Origin: Paragordius varius
Lineage: Eukaryota; Animalia; Nematomorpha
Direction of reading: 5' to 3'
Length of the DNA: 64,000 nucleotides
NCBI GenBank assembly: GCA_964247055.1
Contig: OZ176053.1
Coordinates: forward strand, 13,454,001 to 13,518,000
The notes beneath the pieces are model-generated. The model was not told the origin of the DNA. It worked only from the letters and a program-made list of their open reading frames with translations, and made no database searches. Both the position numbers and the translations under genes were made by a program. Of the stretch, positions 25,301 to 37,852 are shown piece after piece (the first letter of the stretch is position 1; each line of letters opens with the position of its first letter).

Positions 25301-28300
25301 TACCCAAAAAAATTATGGTGACATCACCTGATCAAATTTGGATTTTAGGTAGCCATTTTTATTTTTAAAATCGTATAAAATAAATTTTTTAAATATTTAA
25401 AAAATTCATAAAAATTACATTTATACTCCGATCTCAAAAATATTTGGGGTGATGATGGAACTACTATAGGGCTACCCAAAAAAATTATGACGACATCACT
25501 TGATCAAGTTTGGATTTTAGGTAGCCATTTTTATTTTTAAAATCGTATAAAATAAATTTTTTAAATATTTAAAAATTCATAAAAATTACATTAACAGTCC
25601 CATCTCAAAAATATTTGGGGTGATTATGGAACTACCATAGGGCTACCCAAAAAAATTATGGCGACATCAACTGATCAAATTTGGATTTTAGGTAGCCATT
25701 TTTATTTTTAAAATCGTATAAAATAAATTTTTTAAATATTTAAAAATTCATAAAAATTACATTTATACTCCGATCTCGAAAATATTTGGGGTGATGATGG
25801 AACTACCATAGGGTTACCCAAAAAAAATTATGGTGACATCACCAGATCAAATATGTATTTTAGGTAGCCATTTTTATTTTTAAAATCGTATAAAATAAAT
25901 TTTTTAAATATTTAAAAAATTCATAAAAACTACAATTATAGTCCGATCTCAAAAATATTTGGGGTGATACTACTATAGGGCTATTCAAAAAAAAATTATG
26001 GCAACATCACCTGAGCAAATTTGGATTTTAGGTAGCCATTTTTATTTTTAAAATCGTCTAAAATAAATTTAATATTTAAAAAATTCAAAAAAATTACATT
26101 AACAGTCCCATCTCAAAAATATTTGGGGTGATGATGGAACTACTATAGGGCTACCCAAAAAAATTATGGCGACATCACTTGATCAAGTTTGGATTTTAGG
26201 TAGCCATTTTTATTTTTAAAATCGTATAAAATAAATTTTTTAAATATTTAAAAATTCATAAAAATTACATTAACAGTCCCATCTCAAAAATATTTGGGGT
26301 GATTATGGAACTACCATGGGGCTACACAAAAAAAATTATGGCGAAATCACCTGATCAAATTTGGATTTTAGGTAGCCATTTTAATTTTTAAAATCGTATA
26401 AAATAATTTTTTTAAATATTTAAAAAATTCATAAAAATTACATTTAAAATCCGATCTCAAAAATATTTGGGGTGATGATGGAACCACCATAGGGTTACCC
26501 AAAAAAAATTATGGTGACATCACCAGATCAAATATGTATTTTAGGTAGCCATTTTTATTTTTAAAATCGTATAAAATAAATTTTTTAAATATTTAAAAAA
26601 TTCATAAAAACTACAATTATAGTCCGATCTCAAAAATATTTGGGGTGATACTACTATAGGGCTATTCAAAAAAAAATTATGGCAACATCACCTGAGCAAA
26701 TTTGGATTTTAGGTAGCCATTTTTATTTTTAAAATCGTATAAAATAAATTTTTTAAATATTTAAAAAATCCAAAAAAATTACATTTATACTCCGATCTCG
26801 ACAATATTTGGGGTGATGATGGAACTACCATAGGGCTACCCAAAAAAATTATGGTGACATCACCTGATCAAATTTGGATTTTAGTTAGCCATTTTTATTT
26901 TTAAAATCGTATAAAATAGATTTTTTAAATATTTAAAAAATTCATAAAAATTACATTTATATTCCGATCTCGAAAATATTTGGGGTGATGATGGAACTAC
27001 CATAGGGCTACCCAAAAAAAATTATGGTGACATCACCTGATCAAATTTGGATATTAGGTAGCCATTTTTATTTTTAAAATCGTATAAAAAAATTTTTTTA
27101 AATATTTAAAAAATTCATAAAAATTACATTTATACTCCGATCTCGAAAATATTTGGCGTGATGATGGAACTACTATAGGGCTACCCAAAAAAAATTATGG
27201 CGACATCACCTGATTAAATTTGGATTTTAGGTAGCCATTTTTATTTTTAAAATCGTATAAAATAAATTTTTTAAATATTTAAAAATTCATAAAAATTACA
27301 TTTATAGTCCGATCCCCAAAATATTTGGGGTGATGATGGAACTACCATAGGGCTACCCAAAAAAAATTATGGCGACATCACCTGATCAAATTTGGATTTT
27401 AGGTAGCCATTTTTATTTTTAAAATCGTATAAAATAAATTTTTTAAATATTTAAAAAATTCATAAAAATTACATTTATACTCCGATCTCGAAAATATTTG
27501 GGGTGATGATGGAACTACCATAGGGCTACCCAAAAAAAATATGGCGACATCACCTGATCAAATTTGGATTTTAGGTAGCTAATTTTTATTTTTAAAATCG
27601 TATAAAATAAATTTTTCAAATATTTAAAAAATCCAAAAAAATTACATTAACAGTCCCATCTCAAAAATATTTGGGGTGATTATGGAACTACCATAGGGCT
27701 ACCCAAAAAAAATTATGGTAACATCACCTGATTAAATTTGGATTTTAGGTAGCCATTTTTATTTTTAAAATCGTATAAAATAAATTTTTTAAATATTTAA
27801 AAAATTCATAAAAATTACATTTATAGTCCGATCCCCAAAATATTTGGGGTGATGATGGAACTACCATAGGGCTACCCAAAAAAAATTATGGCGACATCAC
27901 ATGATCAAATTTGGATTTTAGGTAGCCATTTTTATTTTTAAAATCGTATAAAATAAATTTTTTAAATATTTAAAAAATCCAAAAAAATTACATTTATACT
28001 CCGATCTCGACAATATTTGGGGTGATGATGGAACTACCATAGGGCTACCCAAAAAAATTATGGTGACATCACCTGATCAAATTTGGATTTTAGTTAGCCA
28101 TTTTTATTTTTAAAATCGTATAAAATAGATTTTTTAAATATTTAAAAAATTCATAAAAATTACATTTATATTCCGATCTCGAAAATATTTGGGGTGATGA
28201 TGGAACTACCATAGGGCTACCCAAAAAAAATTATGGTGACATCACCTGATCAAATTTTGATTTTAGGTAGCCATTTTTATTTTTAAAATCGTATAAAAAA

Positions 28301-31300
28301 ATTTTTTTAAATATTTAAAAAATTCATAAAAATTACATTTATACTCCGATCTCGAAAATATTTGGCGTGATGATGGAACTACTATAGGGCTACCCAAAAA
28401 AAATTATGGCGACATCACCTGATCAAATTTGGATTTTAGGTAGCCATTTTTATTTTTAAAATCGTATAAAATAAATTTTTTAAATATTTAAAAAATTCAT
28501 AAAAATTACATTTATACTCCGATCTCGAAAATATTTGGGGTGATGATGGAACTACCATAGGGCTACCCAAAAAAAATTATGGTGACATCACCTGATCAAA
28601 TTTGGATTTTAGGTAGCCATTTTTTTTTAAAATCGTATAAAATAAATTTTTTAAATATTTAAAAAATTCATAAAAATTACATTTATACTCCGATCTCGAC
28701 AATATTTGGGGTGATGATGGAACTACCATAGGGCTACCCAAAAAAAATTATGGTGACATCACCTGATCAAATTTGGATTTTAGGTAGCCATTTTTATTTT
28801 TAAAATCGTATAAAATAAATTTTTTAAATATTTAAAAAATTCATAAAAATTACATTTATACTCCGATCTCAAAAATATTTGGGGTGATAATGGAACTACT
28901 ATAGGGCTACCCAAAAAAATTATGGCGACATCACTTGATCAAGTTTGGATTTTAGGTAGCCATTTTTATTTTTAAAATCGTATAAAATAAATTTTTTAAA
29001 TATTTAAAAATTCATAAAAATTACATTAACAGTCCCATCTCAAAAATATTTGGGGTGATTATGGAACTACCATGGGGCTACACAAAAAAAATTATGGCGA
29101 AATCACCTGATCAAATTTGGATTTTAGGTAGCCATTTTTATTTTTAAAATCGTATAAAATAAATTTTTTAAATATTTTAAACATTTATAAAAATTACATT
29201 TACAGTCCGATCTCAAAAATATTTGGGGTGATTATGGAACTACCATAGGGCTACCCAAAAAAAAATTATAGTGACATCACCTGATCAAATTTGGATTTAG
29301 GTAGCCATTTTTTTTAAAATCGTATAAAATAAATTTTTTAAATATTTAAAAAATTTATAAAAATTACATTTACAGTCCGATCTCAAAAATATTTGGGGTG
29401 ATTATGGAACTACCATAGGGCTACCCAAAAAAAATTATGGCAACATCACCTGATCAAATTTGGATTTTAGGTAGACATTTTAATTTTTAAAATCGTATAA
29501 AATAATTTTTTTAAATATTTAAATAATTCATAAAAATTACATTTAAAATCCGATCTCAAAAATATTTGGGGTGATGATGGAACCACCATAGGGTTACCCA
29601 AAAAAAATTATGGTGACATCACCAGATCAAATATGTATTTTAGGTAGCCATTTTTATTTTTAAAATCGTATAAAATAAATTTTTTAAATATTTAAAAAAT
29701 TCATAAAAACTACAATTATAGTCCGATCTCAAAAATATTTGGGGTGATACTACTATAGGGCTATTCAAAAAAAATTATGGCAACATCACCTGAGCAAATT
29801 TGGATTTTAGGTAGCCATTTTTATTTTTAAAATCGTCTAAAATAAATTTAATATTTAAAAAATTCAAAAAAATTACATTAACAGTCCCATCTCAAAAATA
29901 TTTGGGGTGATTATGGAACTACCATAGGGCTACCCAAAAAAAATTATGGTAACATCACCTGATTAAATTTGGATTTTAGGTAGCCATTTTTATTTTTAAA
30001 ATCGTATAAAATAAATTTTTTAAATATTTAAAAAATTCATAAAAATTACATTTATAGTCCGATCCCCAAAATATTTGGGGTGATGATGGAACTACCATAG
30101 GGCTACCCAAAAAAAATTATGGCGACATCACCTGATCAAATTTGGATTTTAGGTAGCCATTTTTATTTTTAAAATCGTATAAAATAAATTTTTTAAATAT
30201 TTAAAAAATCCAAAAAAATTACATTTATACTCCGATCTCGACAATATTTGGGGTGATGATGGAACTACCATAGGGCTACCCAAAAAAATTATGGTGACAT
30301 CACCTGATCAAATTTGGATTTTAGTTAGCCATTTTTATTTTTAAAATCGTATAAAATAGATTTTTTAAATATTTAAAAAATTCATAAAAATTACATTTAT
30401 ATTCCGATCTCGAAAATATTTGGGGTGATGATGGAACTACCATAGGGCTACCCAAAAAAAATTATGGTGACATCACCTGATCAAATTTGGATATTAGGTA
30501 GCCATTTTTATTTTTAAAATCGTATAAAATAAATTTTTTAAATATTTAAAAAATTCATAAAAATTACATTTATACTCCGATCTCGAAAATATTTGGGGTG
30601 ATGATGGAACTACCATAGGGCTACCCAAAAAAAATATGGCGACATCACCTGATCAAATTTGGATTTTAGGTAGCTAATTTTTATTTTTAAAATCGTATAA
30701 AATAAATTTTTCAAATATTTAAAAAATCCAAAAAAATTACATTAACAGTCCCATCTCAAAAATATTTGGGGTGATTATGGAACTACCATAGGGCTACCCA
30801 AAAAAAATTATGGTAACATCACCTGATTAAATTTGGATTTTAGGTAGCCATTTTTATTTTTAAAATCGTATAAAATAAATTTTTTAAATATTTAAAAAAT
30901 TCATAAAAATTACATTTATAGTCCGATCCCCAAAATATTTGGGGTGATGATGGAACTACCATAGGGCTACCCAAAAAAAATTATGGCGACATCACATGAT
31001 CAAATTTGGATTTTAGGTAGCCATTTTTATTTTTAAAATCGTATAAAATAAATTTTTTAAATATTTAAAAAATCCAAAAAAATTACATTTATACTCCGAT
31101 CTCGAAAATATTTGGCGTGATGATGGAACTACTATAGGGCTACCCAAAAAAAATTATGGCGACATCACCTGATCAAATTTGGATTTTAGGTAGCCATTTT
31201 TATTTTTAAAATCGTATAAAATAAATTTTTTAAATATTTAAAAAATTCATAAAAATTACATTTATACTCCGATCTCGAAAATATTTGGGGTGATGATGGA

Positions 31301-33369
31301 ACTACCATAGGGCTACCCAAAAAAAATTATGGTGACATCACCTGATCAAATTTGGATTTTAGGTAGCCATTTTTTTTAAAATCGTATAAAATAAATTTTT
31401 TAAATATTTAAAAAATTCATAAAAATTACATTTATACTCCGATCTCGAAAATATTTGGGGTGATGATGGAACTACCATAGGGCTACCCAAAAAAAATTAT
31501 GGTGACATCACCTGATTAAATTTGGATTTTAGGTAGCCATTTTTATTTTTAAAATCGTATAAAATAATTTTTTAAATATTTAAAAATTCATAAAAATTAC
31601 ATTTATAGTCCGATACCCAAAATATTTGGGGTTATGATGGAACTACCATAGGGCTACCCAAAAAAAATTATGGCGACATCACCTGATCCAATTTGGATTT
31701 TAGGTAGCCATTTTTATTTTTAAAATCGTATAAAATAAATTTTTTAAATATTTAAAAAATTCATAAAAATTACATTTATACTCCGATCTCGAAAATATTT
31801 GGGGTGATGATGGAACTACCATAGGGCTACCCAAAAAAAATATGGCGACATCACCTGATCAAATTTGGATTTTAGGTAGCCATTTTTATTTTTAAAATCG
31901 TATAAAATAAATTTTTCAAATATTTAAAAAATCCAAAAAAATTACATTTATACTCCGATCTCGACAATATTTGGGGTGATGATGGAACTACCATAGGGCT
32001 ACCCAAAAAAAATTATAGTGACATCACCTGATCAAATTTGGATTTTAGGTAGCCATTTTTATTTTTAAAATCGTATAAAATAGATTTTTTAAATATTTAA
32101 AAAATTCATAAAAATTACATTTATATTCCGATCTCGAAAATATTTGGGGTGATGATGGAACTACCATAGGGCTACCCAAAAAAAATTATGGTGACATCAC
32201 CTGATCAAATTTGGATTTTAGGTAGCCATTTTTATTTTTAAAATCGTATAAAAATTTTTTTTTAAATATTTAAAAAATTCATAAAAATTACATTTATAGT
32301 CCGATCCCCAAAATTTTGGGGTGATGATAGAACTACCATAGGGCTACGCAAAAAAAATTATGGCGACATCACCTGATCAAATTTGGATTTTAGGTAGCCA
32401 TTTTTATTTTTAAAATCGTATAAAATAAATTTTTTAAATCTAAACAAAAAAATTACATTTATATCCGATCTCGACAATATTTGGGGTGATGATGGAACTA
32501 CCATAGGGCTACCCAAAAAATATTATGGTGACATCACCTGATCAAATTTGGATTTTAGGTAGCCATTTTTATTTTTAAAATCGTATAAAATAAATTTTTT
32601 AAATATTTAAAAAATTCATTAAAATTACATTTATAGTCCGATCCCCAAAATATTTAGGGTGATGATGGACCTACCATGGGGCTACCCAAAAAAAATTATG
32701 GCGACATCACCTGATCAAATTTGGATTTTAGGTGGCCATTTTTATTTTTAAAATCGTATAAAATAAATTTTTTAAATATTTAAAAAATTCATAAAAATTA
32801 CATTTATACTCCGATCTCGAAAATATTTGGGATGATGATGGAACTACCATAGGGCTACCCAAAAAAAATTATGGTGACATCACCTGATCAAATTTGGATT
32901 TTAGGCAGCCATTTTTATTTTTAAAATCGTATAAAATATATTTTTTAAATATTTAAAAAATTCATAAAAATTACATTTATACTCCGATCTCGAAAATATT
33001 TGGGGTGATGATGGAACTACTATAGGGCTACCCAAAAAAAATTATGGCGACATCACCTGATCAAATTTGGATTTTAGGTAGCCATTTTTATTTTTAAAAT
33101 CGTATAAAATAAATTTTTTAAATATTTAAAAAATTCATAAAAATTACATTTATACTCCGATCTCGAAAATATTTGGGGTGATGATGGAACTACCATAGGG
33201 CTACCCAAAAAAAATTATGGTGACATCACCTGATCAAATTTGGATTTTATTTAGCCATTTTTATTTTTAAAATCGTATAAAATAAATTTTTTAAATATTT
33301 AAAAAATTCATAAAAATTACATTTATACTCCGATCTCGAAAATATTTGGGGTGATGATGGAACTACCAT

Positions 33370-36300
33370 AGGACTACCCAAAAAAAATTATGGTGACATC
33401 ACCTGATTAAATTTGGATTTTAGGTAGCCATTTTTATTTTTAAAATCGTATAAAATAAATTTTTTAAATATTTAAAAAATTCATAAAAATTACATTTATA
33501 GTCCGATCCCCAAAATATTTGGGGTGATGATGGAACCACCATAGGGCTACCCAAAAAAAATTATGGTGACATCACCTGATCAAATTTGGATTTTAGGCAG
33601 CCATTTTTATTTTTAAAATCGTATAAAATATATTTTTTAAATATTTAAAAAATTCATAAAAATTACATTTATACTCCGATCTCGAAAATATTTGGGGTGA
33701 TGATGGAACTACTATAGGGCTACCCAAAAAAAATTATGGCGACATCACCTGATCAAATTTGGATTTTAGGTAGCCATTTTTATTTTTAAAATCGTATAAA
33801 ATAAATTTTTTAAATATTTAAAAAATTCATAAAAATTACATTTATACTCCGATCTCGAAAATATTTGGGGTGATGATGGAACTACCATAGGGCTACCCAA
33901 AAAAAATTATGGTGACATCACCTGATCAAATTTGGATTTTATTTAGCCATTTTTATTTTTAAAATCGTATAAAATAAATTTTTTAAATATTTAAAAAATT
34001 CATAAAAATTACATTTATACTCCGATCTCGAAAATATTTGAGGTGATGATGGAACTACCATAGGACTACCCAAAAAAAATTATGGTGACATCACCTGATT
34101 AAATTTGGATTTTAGGTAGCCATTTTTATTTTTAAAATCGTATAAAATAAATTTTTTAAATATTTAAAAAATTCATAAAAATTACATTTATAGTCCGATC
34201 CCCAAAATATTTGGGGTGATGATGGAACTACCATAGGGCTACCCAAAAAAAATTATGGCGACATCACCTGATCAAATTTGAATTTTAGGTAGCCATTTTT
34301 ATTTTTAAAATCGTATAAAATAAATTTTTTAAATATTTAAAAAATTCAAAAAAATTACATTTATACTCCGATCTCGAAAATATTTGGGGTGATGATGGAA
34401 CTACCATAGGGCTACCCAAAAAAAATTATGGTGACATCACCTGATCAAATTTGGATTATAGGTAGCCATTTTTATTTTTAAAATCGTATAAAATAAATTT
34501 TTTAAATATTTAAAAAAGTCATAAAAATTACATTTATAGTCCGATCCCCAAAATATTTAGGGTGATGATGGAACTACCATAGGGCTACCCAAAAAAAATT
34601 ATGGCGACATCACCTGATCAAATTTGGATTTTAGGTAGCCATTTTATTTTTAATATCGTATAAAATAAATTTTTTAAATATTTAAACAAAAAAATTACAT
34701 TTATACTCCGACCTCGACAATATTTGGGGTGAGGATGGAACTACCATAGGGCTCCCAAAAAAAATTATGGCGACATCACCTGATCAAATTTGGATTTTAG
34801 GTAGCCATTTTTATTTTTGAAATCGTATAAAATAAATTTTTTAAATATTTAAAAAATTCATAAAAATTACATTTATACTCCGATCTCGAAAATATTTGGG
34901 GTGATGATGGAACTACCATAGGGCTACCCAAAAAAAATTATGGTGACATCACCTGATCAAATTTGGATTTTAGGTAGCCATTTTTATTTTTAAAATCGTA
35001 TAAAATAAATTTTTTAAATATTTAAAAAATTCATAAAAATTACATTTATACTCCGATCTCGACAATATTTGGGGTGATGATGAAACTACCATAGGGCTAC
35101 GCAAAAAAAATTATGGCGACATCACCTGATCAAATTTGGATTTTAGGTAGCCATTTTTATTTTTAAAATCGTATAAAATAAATTTTTTAAATATTAAAAA
35201 AATTCAAAACAATTACATTTATACTCCGATCTCGACAATATTTGGGGTGATGATGGAACTACCATAGGGCTACCCAAAAAAAATTATGGTGACATCACCT
35301 GACCAAATTTGGATTTTAGGTAGCCATTTTTATTTTTAAAATCGTATAAAATAAATTTTTTAAATATTTAAAAAATTCATAAAAATTACATTTATACTCC
35401 GATCTCGAAAATATTTGGGGTGATGATGGAACTACCATAGGGCTACCCAAAAAAAATTATAGTGACATCACCTGATCAAATTTGGATTTTAGGTAGCCAT
35501 TTTTATTTTTAAAATCGTATAAAATAAATTTTTTAAATATTTAAAAAATTCATAAAAATTACATTTATACTCCGATCTCGAAAATATTTGGGTTGATGAT
35601 GGAACTACCATAGGACTACCCAAAAAAAATTATGGTGACATCACCTGATTAAATTTGGATTTTAGGTAGCCATTTTTATTTTTAAAATCGTATAAAATAA
35701 ATTTTTTAAATATTTAAAAAATTCATAAAAATTACATTTATAGTCCGATCCCCAAAATATTTGGGGTGATGATGGAACCACCATAGGGCTACCCAAAAAA
35801 AATTATGGTGACATCACCTGATCAAATTTGGATTTTAGGCAGCCATTTTTATTTTTAAAATCGTATAAAATATATTTTTTAAATATTTAAAAAATTCATA
35901 AAAATTACATTTATACTCCGATCTCGAAAATATTTGGGGTGATGATGGAACTACTATAGGGCTACCCAAAAAAAATTATGGCGACATCACCTGATCAAAT
36001 TTGGATTTTAGGTAGCCATTTTTATTTTTAAAATCGTATAAAATAAATTTTTTAAATATTTAAAAAATTCATAAAAATTACATTTATACTCCGATCTCGA
36101 AAATATTTGGGGTGATGATGGAACTACCATAGGGCTACCCAAAAAAAATTATGGTGACATCACCTGATCAAATTTGGATTTTATTTAGCCATTTTTATTT
36201 TTAAAATCGTATAAAATAAATTTTTTAAATATTTAAAAAATTCATAAAAATTACATTTATACTCCGATCTCGAAAATATTTGAGGTGATGATGGAACTAC

Positions 36301-37852
36301 CATAGGACTACCCAAAAAAAATTATGGTGACATCACCTGATTAAATTTGGATTTTAGGTAGCCATTTTTATTTTTAAAATCGTATAAAATAAATTTTTTA
36401 AATATTTAAAAATATCATAAAAATTACATTTATAGTCCGATCCCCAAAATATTTGGGGTGATGATGGAACTACCATAGGGCTACCCAAAAAAAATTATGG
36501 CGACATCACCTGATCAAATTTGAATTTTAGGTAGCCATTTTTATTTTTAAAATCGTATAAAATAAATTTCTTAAATATTTAAAAAATTCAAAAAAATTAC
36601 ATTTATACTCCGATCTCGAAAATATTTGGGGTGATGATGGAACTACCATAGGGCTACCCAAAAAAAATTATGGTGACATCACCTGATCAAATTTGGATTA
36701 TAGGTAGCCATTTTTATTTTTAAAATCGTATAAAATAAATTTTTTAAATATTTAAAAAAGTCATAAAAATTACATTTATAGTCCGATCCCCAAAATATTT
36801 AGGGTGATGATGGAACTACCATAGGGCTACCCAAAAAAAATTATGGCGACATCACCTGATCAAATTTGGATTTTAGGTAGCCATTTTATTTTTAATATCG
36901 TATAAAATAAATTTTTTAAATATTTAAACAAAAAAATTACATTTATACTCCGACCTCGACAATATTTGGGGTGAGGATGGAACTACCATAGGGCTCCCAA
37001 AAAAAATTATGGCGACATCACCTGATCAAATTTGGATTTTAGGTAGCCATTTTTATTTTTGAAATCGTATAAAATAAATTTTTTAAATATTTAAAAAATT
37101 CATAAAAATTACATTTATACTCCGATCTCGAAAATATTTGGGGTGATGATGGAACTACCATAGGGCTACCCAAAAAAAATTATGGTGACATCACCTGATC
37201 AAATTTGGATTTTAGGTAGCCATTTTTATTTTTAAAATCGTATAAAATAAATTTTTTAAATATTTAAAAAATTCATAAAAATTACATTTATACTCCGATC
37301 TCGACAATATTTGGGGTGATGATGAAACTACCATAGGGCTACGCAAAAAAAATTATGGCGACATCACCTGATCAAATTTGGATTTTAGGTAGCCATTTTT
37401 ATTTTTAAAATCGTATAAAATAAATTTTTTAAATATTAAAAAAATTCAAAAAAATTACATTTATACTCCGATCTCGACAATATTTGGGGTGATGATGGAA
37501 CTACCATAGGGCTACCCAAAAAAAATTATGGTGACATCACCTGACCAAATTTGGATTTTAGGTAGCCATTTTTATTTTTAAAATCGTATAAAATAAATTT
37601 TTTAAATATTTAAAAAATTCATAAAAATTACATTTATACTCCGATCTCGAAAATATTTGGGGTGATGATGGAACTACCATAGGGCTACCCAAAAAAAATT
37701 ATAGTGACATCACCTGATCAAATTTGGATTTTAGGTAGCCATTTTTATTTTTAAAATCGTATAAAATAAATTTTTTAAATATTTAAAAAATTCATAAAAA
37801 TTACATTTATACTCCGATCTCGAAAATATTTGGGTTGATGATGGAACTACCA
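33370..37852. repeat. Higher-order repeat in satellite B: 13-monomer unit (2242 bp) present twice, containing a nested 4-mer (692 bp)
   Basis: GCTCCC at 34751/36993, AAAAG-TC at 34518/36760, GGACTACC at 33371/35613 and 34063/36305, and GGCAGCC at 33596/35838 all give offset 2242. GGACTACC at 33371/34063 and GGCAGCC at 32904/33596 give offset 692. Confidence 0.92.
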
